DNA of 64,000 bases from Parcubacteria group bacterium GW2011_GWA2_43_13 (GTDB lineage Bacteria; Patescibacteriota; Patescibacteriia; UBA9629; GWA2-43-13): the NCBI GenBank assembly GCA_000999025.1, contig LCFM01000005.1:71087-135086 (forward strand), in the 5' to 3' direction. Below are positions 30,188-39,090 of this stretch, in pieces. Both the position numbers and the translations under genes were made by a program. Every line of letters begins with the position of its first letter. Position 1 is the stretch's first letter. The notes beneath the pieces are model-generated. The model did no database searches. It saw only the letters and a program-made list of their open reading frames with translations, and was not told where the DNA came from.

Positions 30188-31897
30188 TTATGAAGTTATA
30201 TGTTTAATCATATATATTTTTTCTAATTCATATCCTAATTTTTTATAGTATTCTCGTGTTCCAATGCCGGAAATGACAGCCATTTTTTTGTAGCCATGAT
30301 CTCGTGCAATGCTTTCTGCTTTTTGGATGAGTTGTTTGCCCAAGCCAGTATGCTGGGAAGTGTACACCTCTTTGCCGTTCAACGGGGTTAGTTGACCATA
30401 ACTATGCACTTCTCGTATGATAGCACATCCTTTAAGTTCTGAAATAAACGGATGGGTGATGTTATCTGGTAGGCGAAGGCGGAGAAATGCGTGGAGGATA
30501 CGGCTTTCGCCCCCCCTCCTGCCCGAGGAGGGGGTAGGGGGTGGTGGGAGGATATTTATTTTTTCATACCTCACCCTACCCTCTCCTATTTTAGGAGAGG
30601 GTGACGACGACGTCTCAAACGATAAAAAGTATTCTTTCCCGCCGGTTGTGTCAATCGGTTCAATGAAACATTCAGCGTTACTTGAATCAATAGATTGATT
30701 TCTTCCCAACTCCTCTCTGCATCGTATACATTTGCACAGCAATCCTTTTTTTTGCATGTGCGCTTGAATATGCTCGCGCAGATTTGAAATTTTTGAACCG
30801 GCAATAATACTGGTCGCCGGAATATCACGGATGAGTCGGGCAATACGGACGTAGGGTGGGATAATGGTATGTTTGACATGCGCAAGAAGGGTTATCAATT
30901 CATCGTCTGTGTATGGTTTCCATATACCATCGCGCCACATTTTTTCCATAATGGGCGTGAAAGAGGGGAGTACTGTGGGGTATATTTTCATTTCATCTGG
31001 TTTAAAATCCGGATGCTGGAAAAGTTCGTTGTACATCTCGGTATCTTTTTGGAGATTTGACCCTGGAAGGTTTGGCATGGTATGGTAATTGATTTTAAAG
31101 CCAGCGTCTTTGAGCCAACGCGTTGCATCACGAACCTGATCCCGAGTTTGGTCACGTTTAATAAGGGTGAGAACATCATCATGCGTTGATTGTACGCCTA
31201 ATTGCACGCGGGTCGCGCCAAGGGCGCGCATCCGTTTTATTTCTGTTTTTGTAATATGATCGGGCCGGGTCTCAAGAGTAAGTCCAACACATCGGTGTTG
31301 CGCTGTTTGGTTGATGTCATGCGTTTCTTTTAGTAGTTGATTATGGGATGAGCGGTATGGTGTACAGTGCGTAGTATCATAATGGAAAATAAAATCATTC
31401 ATTGCCTGAAAACAACGTTTAATAAACCATGTTTGATACCGGCGTGGGTAAAATGACCATGTCCCACCAAGTACAATAAGTTCGATTTTTTCCGGCCGAT
31501 GCCCATTTTCATAAAATGAGTGCAAACGGATGACAATTTGTTTATAGGGGTCAAATTGTTGTTTAAGCGCGCGTGCCGCGGCTGGTTCATTAGAGAGGTA
31601 GCTTTTGGGCATGCCACGCTCTGTAGGGCAGTACACGCACCTGCCGGGGCAAGGGAAGGGCTTGGTAAGCACAGTGACGGGTGCGACTCCTGAAATAGTT
31701 CTGATAGTGCGGCGTTTTAACATGTGCAAAAAAAGCGGGTCTGGCGTAACTTCTCCTTTTTTGATACGTTCATGGTAGTCCTTCAGTAGTGCCCGATTGG
31801 GTGGGATAGGGATATGTAAAGTACGCGCCCATTTGCGTTTTGCCGCATGGAGATCGTTTTTTGTATGGATTGTTTCGGAGAGAAGGTGGATAAGCAT
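30188..31897 (-). CDS. elp3: Elp3 family radical SAM/KAT tRNA U34 acetyltransferase with in-frame repeat insertion
   Basis: CPGRCVYCP, LGGTW, ETRPD, KIYPT, IREVHSYG, QHTGLGK, SGIGTREYY. Confidence 0.92.
   Translation of the reverse strand: MLIHLLSETIHTKNDLHAAKRKWARTLHIPIPPNRALLKDYHERIKKGEVTPDPLFLHMLKRRTIRTISGVAPVTVLTKPFPCPGRCVYCPTERGMPKSYLSNEPAAARALKQQFDPYKQIVIRLHSFYENGHRPEKIELIVLGGTWSFYPRRYQTWFIKRCFQAMNDFIFHYDTTHCTPYRSSHNQLLKETHDINQTAQHRCVGLTLETRPDHITKTEIKRMRALGATRVQLGVQSTHDDVLTLIKRDQTRDQVRDATRWLKDAGFKINYHTMPNLPGSNLQKDTEMYNELFQHPDFKPDEMKIYPTVLPSFTPIMEKMWRDGIWKPYTDDELITLLAHVKHTIIPPYVRIARLIRDIPATSIIAGSKISNLREHIQAHMQKKGLLCKCIRCREELGRNQSIDSSNAECFIEPIDTTGGKEYFLSFETSSSPSPKIGEGRVRYEKINILPPPPTPSSGRRGGESRILHAFLRLRLPDNITHPFISELKGCAIIREVHSYGQLTPLNGKEVYTSQHTGLGKQLIQKAESIARDHGYKKMAVISGIGTREYYKKLGYELEKIYMIKHITS
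30509..30612. repeat. Two CCCCTCC/CCTCACCC palindromes in frame inside elp3
   Basis: Encodes SSSPSPKIGEGRVRYEKINILPPPPTPSSGRRGG; right unit near-identical to intergenic 35637-35680. Confidence 0.85.
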
Positions 31898-31901
31898 AGG
31901 G

Positions 31902-32042
31902 CAATCCTAATCTACTAATACATCCTAATCTGCTAATACGAGTGGGATGTCTCGTCTGTAAAGATTGGGGTAAATATTGGGGTAAATATTGTATCTATAG
32001 CGTGTTATTTGTAGATTCGGATGAATTCGTATATTAGGATTG
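31902..32042. repeat. CAATCCTAATCTAC...TAGGATTG inverted-repeat element
   Basis: About 35-bp arms; same family at 44566-44679, 46363-46400, 58539-58640; internal direct repeat attggggtaaat x2. Confidence 0.85.
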
Positions 32043-32046
32043 ATTT

Positions 32047-32829
32047 ATGTCAGTAGTAGAAATATATAACCAAATCGCTGCTCAATTTTCTAAAACCCGC
32101 AATAGAAGTTGGGTTGATTTTGATCTGTTTAAAAAAGTTATTCAGAGGCAAGTGGCAATTGTTAAACATCAATTGTCAGTGTTGGATGTTGGGTGTGGGA
32201 ATGGAAGGTTGTATTCGTTTTTTGTAGAGACGGGATTAACCCCGTCTCTACACTATAGAGGTATTGACGCAAGTGTAGGTATGATTGAGCAAGCGAAGAA
32301 GTGGTATCCGGAGTGTGATTTTCGCGTTGCTGATATGCGGGAAGTGCCATGTGATGATAACAGTTTTGATATAGTTTTTGCGATTGCGTCTTTTAACCAC
32401 ATGTTGACCAAGGAAGACCAAGAAAAAGCATTATCAGAAATATTTCGCGTACTAAAGCCGTGCGGGTATGTGTGCATGACAAACTGGAATTTATGGCGAT
32501 TGACATTAAAAGAAAAATCGTGGTGGTATTATGTGTTTTGTAGAGACGTGTCCCTGGCGCGTCTCATTCGGCGAGGTAAAGATGATGATTGTTTACAGAG
32601 AGACGCCGCAGGGGGTCGTCTCTGCGATCATTCCATGAGAGTTGTCTTGACCCGCTGGAACAACCATGAACTCCCATATTACGCGTTTACTTTACGAGAA
32701 TTAAAGCGCATGGTCAAGCAGGCTGGGTTGAGTGTAGAAACGGCATTGTATAGCAAAAACGGACACAAAGCGCATTGGTGGAATGGAAAAAATATCATAC
32801 TGATTGCGCGCAAAAAGCACTTGACATGA
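32047..32829 (+). CDS. Class I SAM-dependent methyltransferase carrying repeat-derived insertions
   Basis: YNQIAAQFSKTR, LDVGCGNGR, IASFNH, RVLKPCG. Confidence 0.9.
   Translation: MSVVEIYNQIAAQFSKTRNRSWVDFDLFKKVIQRQVAIVKHQLSVLDVGCGNGRLYSFFVETGLTPSLHYRGIDASVGMIEQAKKWYPECDFRVADMREVPCDDNSFDIVFAIASFNHMLTKEDQEKALSEIFRVLKPCGYVCMTNWNLWRLTLKEKSWWYYVFCRDVSLARLIRRGKDDDCLQRDAAGGRLCDHSMRVVLTRWNNHELPYYAFTLRELKRMVKQAGLSVETALYSKNGHKAHWWNGKNIILIARKKHLT
32223..32252. repeat. GTAGAGACG REP-like palindrome in frame in methyltransferase (30 bp)
   Basis: tgtagagacg-ggattaaccc-cgtctctaca; encodes VETGLTPSL. Confidence 0.9.
32540..32625. repeat. Degenerate REP-like doublet in frame in methyltransferase
   Basis: gtagagacg-tgtccctggcg-cgtctc ... 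gagacg-ccgcagggggt-cgtctctgc. Confidence 0.75.
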
Positions 32830-32848
32830 ATTTTCATTTTGTTATGAT
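32821..32848 (+). promoter_or_regulatory. Sigma70 promoter of the DAHP-like leader
   Basis: TTGACA-16-TATGAT with TGn extension. Confidence 0.7.
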
Positions 32849-32856
32849 GCGATTAT

Positions 32857-32907
32857 ATGAAAAGCCAATGGATTACTATTTTCTTTAGCACTCCTAACCT
32901 GACGTAG
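32857..32907 (+). CDS. Putative attenuator leader peptide MKSQWITIFFSTPNLT
   Basis: 16-codon ORF with Trp and Phe-Phe directly before antiterminator/terminator. Confidence 0.65.
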   Translation: MKSQWITIFFSTPNLT

Positions 32908-32966
32908 TCAGTCGGCTTTTCATACGTGGCGCAGTGTAAAAGATCCGACTGATGTCGGGTTTTTTG
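32908..32966 (+). promoter_or_regulatory. Transcription attenuator (antiterminator + terminator)
   Basis: tcagtcgg (32908-15) pairs with ccgactga (32945-52), which overlaps terminator atccgac-tgat-gtcgggt-ttttt. Confidence 0.7.
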
Positions 32967-32995
32967 TTCCTTTTTTATGAGGGGAGTTTATTCTC

Positions 32996-34141
32996 ATGAT
33001 TGTTCACATGGTTACCGGCATTGGATTGGGCGATGCTCGTGTCAACTGCGTAGTGGAAAAGGCAAAGGCATTGGGACTCAATGCAACGGCAAGAGTTGTT
33101 CATGGGACACATTTCGTTACCGTCGAGGTGTATGTTTTCGACAGTAACGGAAAGAGCGCTGGTGAGTTTTCGACGCATATTTTCGAGAATCTACCTGGCG
33201 TCGAAAGTGTGGCGCGGGTTACGCCGTCGGCGGTCAGGATGGCATGTACAAATCCTGATGATGCCAGGCGTGTTACTATCGGGAAGCATCAAATCGGTCG
33301 CGGTTTGCCGTGTCGGCTTATCACAGGACCGTGTACTGTAACGAGGGACGTTGGCCGATTGATTCCGATGATAGTAGATACGGGGGCGATGTGGATTCGT
33401 GGCGGTTGCTGGAAGCCACGAACCAGAGCCAATTCGTTTCGCGGGTTTGGTGTGTTGGCCGTTGAGTGGCTTCTCACTGCCGCGCGCGAGAACAACGTTG
33501 AAGCTATATTCATCGAAGTCATGGATACACAGCACATTGCCCAAGTGCGGGCAGTGCAAGAGTCCGTCGGCTTTGAAGGCGCGATTGTGCTTTGGGTGGG
33601 CGCGTGGACATCAAATCAGGCCTTGCTCGAAGCGCTTGGCAAGCAGGATAGATACACGGTGATGCTGAAGCATCATCCCTGGGATATCGGGATTGATGGC
33701 ATGATAACGCGAGCCGAATTCGTCCTTGCAGGAGAAATGGAATGGGATGAAAGAGGGGAGTTGATTCCAGAGGCAAGCACACCGCAGGGCAACAGCAATG
33801 TTTTACTGTGCGTGCGGGGAGTCAATAAACCCGAATCAAGCCGACATACCCTGTATCGGTTTATGCCGAATGCGGAATGGATCAGCGCACTTCACCAACG
33901 GTGTTGGGCACCTGTGGTTTGGGATCCGTCTCATATCGCTGGTCATACAGACCTTGTGTGGGGAGTTTTAGCTGAAGGGTTGAGATATCGGCCAGAAGCG
34001 GTCATGGTCGAATGTTGGTTCGACCCCAATGATCCTCGTAAGCCACTGTGCGATGCTGAACAGGCGATTCCGATGAACCAAGTGCCCACGTTGCTAAAGC
34101 TTATTGAGGGACACAACCAAAATCTCACAGAACAAGCGTAA
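32996..34141 (+). CDS. Divergent type I-beta DAHP synthase-like protein with N-terminal regulatory domain
   Basis: LPGVESVARV regulatory domain, GPCT, RGGCWKPRT, DPSH, LCD; several active-site motifs substituted. Confidence 0.8.
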   Translation: MIVHMVTGIGLGDARVNCVVEKAKALGLNATARVVHGTHFVTVEVYVFDSNGKSAGEFSTHIFENLPGVESVARVTPSAVRMACTNPDDARRVTIGKHQIGRGLPCRLITGPCTVTRDVGRLIPMIVDTGAMWIRGGCWKPRTRANSFRGFGVLAVEWLLTAARENNVEAIFIEVMDTQHIAQVRAVQESVGFEGAIVLWVGAWTSNQALLEALGKQDRYTVMLKHHPWDIGIDGMITRAEFVLAGEMEWDERGELIPEASTPQGNSNVLLCVRGVNKPESSRHTLYRFMPNAEWISALHQRCWAPVVWDPSHIAGHTDLVWGVLAEGLRYRPEAVMVECWFDPNDPRKPLCDAEQAIPMNQVPTLLKLIEGHNQNLTEQA

Positions 34142-34155
34142 GTGATTGACTTTAC

Positions 34156-34197
34156 GCAACCCCCTCTCGTATTCGTTTACGAGAGGGTTGCTTTATT
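34156..34197 (+). terminator. Intrinsic terminator after DAHP-like gene
   Basis: gcaaccccctctcgta...tacgagagggttgc + tttatt. Confidence 0.7.
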
Positions 34198-34265
34198 AAA
34201 GGAGTTTTATTAGAATCAAAGGGGATTGTCGCCGAAGGGTACTCGGTTAGAGAATTTTTTTTTCT

Positions 34266-35633
34266 ATGCAATTAGATGAATCAATATTTAAGGCGTATGA
34301 CGTGCGGGGGGTATATCCTACCCAACTCAACGAGGAAATCGCGGAAAAGATGGGCAAAGCGTTTGCGGTGTTTATTAAACAGCAGGTCGGCAAAGAAGAG
34401 GGTATTCGGGTGGCGATGGGTAGGGATACGCGGCTTTCATCTCCTCAACTTTTTGAAGCCGCAATTGCTGGTATTCTTGCGCAAGGTGTTGATGTTGATG
34501 ATATCGGGCTTGTAAGCGCGGATGTGATGTATTTTACTGTCGGACATGGGGAGTATGACGGAGGCATGATGGTATCAGCATCTCACAACCCGAAAGAGTA
34601 TAATGGATTTAAAATGCTTTCAAAGGGTGTTAAATTCATCAGCAGTGTGTTTGGTCTGCCTGATATTAAAGCGTTGATTGTTAAAGATGAATGGAAAGAA
34701 TGTGCGCATGGCACGCGAACTCAAAAAAAGGTTGTTGATGATTATATTGATTTTGTTTTTTCTCATATTTCTGCCACAAAAATCAATCCATTAAAGATTG
34801 TAGTTGATACTGGCAATGGTATGGCAGGGGTTGTTGCGCGAAAGTTGTTTGCCAGATTAAAGGGAGAGTTTGTGCCCTTGTTTGAAGAATTAGACGGGAA
34901 TTTTCCTGGCAGAAATCCAAATCCATTAACTCCTGGCGCATTAGATCCATTATCTACAAAAGTAAGAGAAGTTCACGCGGATTTAGGCATTGCATTTGAT
35001 GCTGATGCCGATAGGTTGTTTGTAGTTGATGATACTGGTGCTGTTATTCGCAATGATTTGGTGTTGGGAATTGTTGCGCAGGTTGTATTGAGGTCTCATG
35101 CTGGCGGGGCTGTTGTATATAGTTTGAACTGCTCGCATACAGCTCCTGAAACAATTACAGAAGCAGGGGGACGGCCTGTCCGCGCGCGCGTTGGGCATAC
35201 ATTTATTAAAGAAACCATGAAAGCGGAAAACGCGGTGTTTGGCGGAGAAGCGTCTGGGCATTTTTATTTTCGTGAAAATTTTTATTCTGAATCAGGATTT
35301 TTAACTGCGTTGGTACTGATGCAGTATATGAGCGAGCAGGGGAAACCGCTTTCGGTATTGGCGCAAGGATTGGATCGGTACGCGTATCAGCCCGAAACTA
35401 ACCGCAGGGTAGAAGATCGCAGTGCTGTGATTGCGCGAGTAAAGGAAAAATATAACAATGGCCGTCAAGATGAAACAGACGGGTTGGTTGTAGAGTATGA
35501 TGATTGGTGGTTTTTGTTGAGGCAATCAAATACCGAACCATTAGTGCGGTTGGTTGTTGAGGCAAAGACAAAAGAGTTGATGCAGGAAAAAGTAAATGAA
35601 TTGCTTGATATCATCGGCGGCGAGCCGGAATAA
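34266..35633 (+). CDS. Phosphomannomutase/phosphoglucomutase
   Basis: FKAYDVRG, SASHNP, DADADR, GEASGH, RQSNTEP. Confidence 0.96.
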   Translation: MQLDESIFKAYDVRGVYPTQLNEEIAEKMGKAFAVFIKQQVGKEEGIRVAMGRDTRLSSPQLFEAAIAGILAQGVDVDDIGLVSADVMYFTVGHGEYDGGMMVSASHNPKEYNGFKMLSKGVKFISSVFGLPDIKALIVKDEWKECAHGTRTQKKVVDDYIDFVFSHISATKINPLKIVVDTGNGMAGVVARKLFARLKGEFVPLFEELDGNFPGRNPNPLTPGALDPLSTKVREVHADLGIAFDADADRLFVVDDTGAVIRNDLVLGIVAQVVLRSHAGGAVVYSLNCSHTAPETITEAGGRPVRARVGHTFIKETMKAENAVFGGEASGHFYFRENFYSESGFLTALVLMQYMSEQGKPLSVLAQGLDRYAYQPETNRRVEDRSAVIARVKEKYNNGRQDETDGLVVEYDDWWFLLRQSNTEPLVRLVVEAKTKELMQEKVNELLDIIGGEPE

Positions 35634-35636
35634 AGT

Positions 35637-35737
35637 AACCTCATCCTACCCTCTCCTTGTAAAGGAGAGGGAGATGACGACTCCCCCTCTCTGATAGCTT
35701 CCGCCAAAGGCGGATATGCCTATGGTAGTGGCGGATC
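35637..35737. repeat. CCTCATCC..CTCTCC..GGAGAGGG element followed by TCCGCCAAAGGCGGA palindrome
   Basis: aacctcatcctaccctctccttgtaaaggagagggagatgacga ... tccgccaaaggcgga. Confidence 0.8.
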
Positions 35738-35765
35738 AGGACGGGCATTTGTAAAGAAGAAGGGA

Positions 35766-36764
35766 TTACAACAATCCGCATTTTTGTTTTACCTCTTTTA
35801 TTGTTTGTTGTGCGATTGCGCGGGCGGTTTCTGTTCCATTCATGATAACCTCGGTAACATATCCTGGATTTTGTTCAAGATTTTTCCGTTTTGTTTGGAT
35901 TGGTTCTACCATGGCAATAACTGTATCTGCCACGGCGGATTTTAAATCTTTATATTGAAGCGTTTTTTCGTTATAGTGTTCCATCAGATTCGCGACAAGA
36001 GATGTTTCTGCTCCGCATGCTGTAAGGATAGTGAAAAGATTTTCCACGCCCGCAGGCATTTTTTTTGCGCCTGCAGAAGAATCAGTTACAGCACTCATGA
36101 TTTTTTTGCGAATAGTATCAGGATCTTCAAACAGGCCAATGTAATGTTTTTCACCACGGCTTTTGGACATCTTTTTTTCCGGTTCTGCCAAACTCATGAT
36201 GCGTGGAGTGGGAGTGAGCATGACTTTGGGCTCGGGAAATGTTTTGCCAAATAGTTTATTGAATTTGCGAGCCACAATGCGTGACAACTCAACATGCTGG
36301 GTCTGATCTTCTCCAACTGGTACGCCGATAGTTTTATATAGCAAGATATCTGCCGCCATAAGCACGGGATAGGTGAGTAGGCCTGCATTGATATTATTTC
36401 GATGCTGATCTGATTTATCCTTGAATTGCGTCATGCGTTCCAGTTCTCCGAGTGGGGTGATGGTGTTGAAAATCCACGCGAGTTCAGTGTGTTCCGGAAT
36501 ATGGGATTGGATAAAGATGTGGCACTTTTCAGGATCAAGCCCTGTAGAAAGGTAAGTGAGAATAAGATTTTTTACCCGTTCAGGCATGTCTTTTGGGTCA
36601 TATTCGATCGTCATTGCATGATAATCAACAATAGTGAAAAAGCACTCATATTCGTGCTGGAGGGCAACCCAATTTTTGAGCGCTCCTAAGTAATTTCCAA
36701 TATGCAACTCACCAGTTGGTTGCATGCCGGAGAATAATATTTTTTGAGAGGTGGAGGGGGGCAT
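35766..36764 (-). CDS. trpS: Tryptophan--tRNA ligase
   Basis: SGMQPTGELHIGNY, YPVLMAADIL, KMSKS. Confidence 0.98.
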   Translation of the reverse strand: MPPSTSQKILFSGMQPTGELHIGNYLGALKNWVALQHEYECFFTIVDYHAMTIEYDPKDMPERVKNLILTYLSTGLDPEKCHIFIQSHIPEHTELAWIFNTITPLGELERMTQFKDKSDQHRNNINAGLLTYPVLMAADILLYKTIGVPVGEDQTQHVELSRIVARKFNKLFGKTFPEPKVMLTPTPRIMSLAEPEKKMSKSRGEKHYIGLFEDPDTIRKKIMSAVTDSSAGAKKMPAGVENLFTILTACGAETSLVANLMEHYNEKTLQYKDLKSAVADTVIAMVEPIQTKRKNLEQNPGYVTEVIMNGTETARAIAQQTIKEVKQKCGLL

Positions 36765-36808
36765 AGATCTGCAAATTTACTATTCGGATATAGATGGCAC
36801 GTAAGGGT

Positions 36809-36886
36809 TATTATCAGTTTTCAGTTATCAAATGTCAAATTTGATCCGCCAGCTGGCGGAGATATTTGATAACTGGCATTTGTAAG
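36809..36886. repeat. Heptamer inverted repeat with central TCCGCCAGCTGGCGGA
   Basis: cagttatcaaat ... tccgccagctggcgga ... atttgataactg. Confidence 0.8.
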
Positions 36887-38710
36887 TTATACTTCAATAA
36901 CCACAGGCAGAATCATAGGTCTGCGTTCGGTTTTTTGGAACAAGTGGATGCCGATGTCATCACGAAGGGCGTTGCGTAAGGGCGACCAATTTTCCACTTT
37001 TTTTGTTGTATGCGCTTTGCAGATATCTTTTACTTTATCAACGGTTTCTTTGATGAGTTTGTCATTGCCTTTCATGTACATGAATCCGCGTGAGATAATT
37101 TCCGGATCGCCAATCAGCGCATGAGTTGAGTGGTTGATAGTAACAATAATAACAAACATCCCATCTTGTGCCATAACCTGACGGTCGCGTAATACAACTT
37201 CGCCAATATCACCAACACCTAATCCATCCACTAATACCGCAGTGTTGGGGATCCTTGTTTTTGAGATGCGCGCGATCACTTCTCGTGTTCGTCCAGCCGC
37301 CATTTCAAGGATACTGCCATTTGAGAGGATAAAGATATTATCGCGTGGAATACCCATGTCTGTTGCAAGTGTTGCGTGCGCTTCAAGCATGTGGCGTTCG
37401 CCATGAATCGGCATGAAATATTTTGGTTTTGTGAGCGCAAGCATGAGCCGAAGATCATTTTGATATCCATGTCCTGATGTGTGGAGATCAAAAATTTTAT
37501 TGTAAATAACTTTTGCTCCAAGCCGAAAGAGTCCATTCATGAGGTTTTGCACAGCGCGTTCATTCCCTGGAATGGGCGATGAGGAAAGCAACACAGTGTC
37601 ACCTTGTTTGATTTTTATCTGTCGGTGTTCGCCTCGCGACATTCTGCCCAATGCGGAATTTTCTTGTCCTTGGCTTCCAGTGGAAATGATTATAACCTTA
37701 TTATCAGGGTAATTATCAATATCTCGCAAGCGAACGAACATATCGCGTTTAACATGCATTGCTCCGAGCTTTATTGAAATATCAATTGTGCGTTCAAGAG
37801 AATATCCTGAAATCGCAACTTTTCGATTATGATGTTCTGCCGCGTCAAAAACTTGTTGAACGCGACTGACTAACGTGGCAAAGGTTGAAACAATCACGCG
37901 ACCCGGAGCTTCTTCAATCAGATGATCAAGGTTTTTGCCAATATCGCGTTCCGAGATAGAAGATCCCGGATGTTCTGCGTTTGTGCTATCTGACATAAGC
38001 ATCAGCACGCCTTCTCCTCCTAATTTTGCTATTTTATGGAGTTCTGCAGGTTGTTCGTCCCGAGGCGTGAAATCAATCTTAAAATCGCCAGTATGCACGA
38101 TTGTGCCTAACGGGGATTTAATGGCAATGCCGACTCCATCGGGGATGTTGTGATTGACTCGAAAGAACGACAGTTCAAACGCGCCTAACTTGATGGTGTC
38201 ATCAGGATGAAACTCTTTTACCATCACAGTTGACGTAAGGTTGAACTCTTCAAGTTTTTCTTGAATCAGCCCGACAGTTAACCGTGTCGCATACACAGGT
38301 GGAGTGCCAATACGTGTAAGCAGGTAAGGGATTGCTCCGATGTGGTCAAGATGGCCATGCGTAATGACAAGCGCTTTGATGCGATCTTGGTGTTGTTGGA
38401 GATAGTGATAATCCGGCACGACATAATCAATGCCAGGCATATCTTCCGAAGGGAACATGAGCCCAAGGTCTACAACAATAATATCTCTGCCATATTCAAA
38501 GGCAGTCATGTTTTTGCCAACTTCTTCAAGTCCTCCCAGTGGAATAACTCGAAGTTGCGATTCTGCACTCGTTGATCGCGGGAATGGGGCGCTACGGTTT
38601 GTTCTGCCGTTTCTTCCGCCTCCAATTCCGGGCGCTCGCCTGCCGCGAGTGATCGGCCTGCGATGGGTGCGCGGATACGCTTGTGTCCGCGCTGGTTCTG
38701 TTGGAACCAT
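36887..38710 (-). CDS. rnj: Ribonuclease J with Arg/Gly-rich N-terminal extension
   Basis: PLGGLEEVGKN, THGHLDHIG, HTGDFK, DSTNAE, HTSGH, PIHGE. Confidence 0.97.
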   Translation of the reverse strand: MVPTEPARTQAYPRTHRRPITRGRRAPGIGGGRNGRTNRSAPFPRSTSAESQLRVIPLGGLEEVGKNMTAFEYGRDIIVVDLGLMFPSEDMPGIDYVVPDYHYLQQHQDRIKALVITHGHLDHIGAIPYLLTRIGTPPVYATRLTVGLIQEKLEEFNLTSTVMVKEFHPDDTIKLGAFELSFFRVNHNIPDGVGIAIKSPLGTIVHTGDFKIDFTPRDEQPAELHKIAKLGGEGVLMLMSDSTNAEHPGSSISERDIGKNLDHLIEEAPGRVIVSTFATLVSRVQQVFDAAEHHNRKVAISGYSLERTIDISIKLGAMHVKRDMFVRLRDIDNYPDNKVIIISTGSQGQENSALGRMSRGEHRQIKIKQGDTVLLSSSPIPGNERAVQNLMNGLFRLGAKVIYNKIFDLHTSGHGYQNDLRLMLALTKPKYFMPIHGERHMLEAHATLATDMGIPRDNIFILSNGSILEMAAGRTREVIARISKTRIPNTAVLVDGLGVGDIGEVVLRDRQVMAQDGMFVIIVTINHSTHALIGDPEIISRGFMYMKGNDKLIKETVDKVKDICKAHTTKKVENWSPLRNALRDDIGIHLFQKTERRPMILPVVIEV

Positions 38711-38936
38711 AGAAAATAATACTGTTTATAATAAATAGAGATGTAAGATTCTCGATACGGGTATCCTATCGTTCCATTTATTATAAAAATAATAATAGAT
38801 GATCATTAGTCAGGAAGCCGTTTGTGTGCGGATTTCTCCGCAAACATACTTGCCTGTCCAATGATAAAGAAACATGTGTTTCGTCTTAAAATACCTTTAG
38901 AAAGGTGTCTCGAGACGAAGTACATGAGTGGAATTT

Positions 38937-39020
38937 TGCCCTCAAGAGGACTCGAACCTCTATGAGCTTGCGCTCACTAGCACCTGAAGCTAGCGCGTCT
39001 ACCAGTTCCGCCATGAGGGC
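38937..39020 (-). tRNA. tRNA-Leu(CAG)
   Basis: GCCCTCA acceptor, anticodon arm ctagc-ttCAGgt-gctag, long variable arm, GTTCGAGT T-loop; no CCA. Confidence 0.95.
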
Positions 39021-39090
39021 AAAGCACAATCAAAGATAAGTGTAAAATGAAAAAAAATGTGGTTAAGCTTTTTACATTTTGATTTTTGCT

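Noticed and set aside
14174-30612. Inteins or self-splicing introns as the explanation for the protein insertions
   Set aside because: The inserts are only 30-120 bp, lack intein or intron motifs, and match intergenic repeats.
36765-36886. T-box riboswitch upstream of trpS
   Set aside because: No T-box consensus or terminator is seen; the spacer is occupied by a heptamer inverted repeat.
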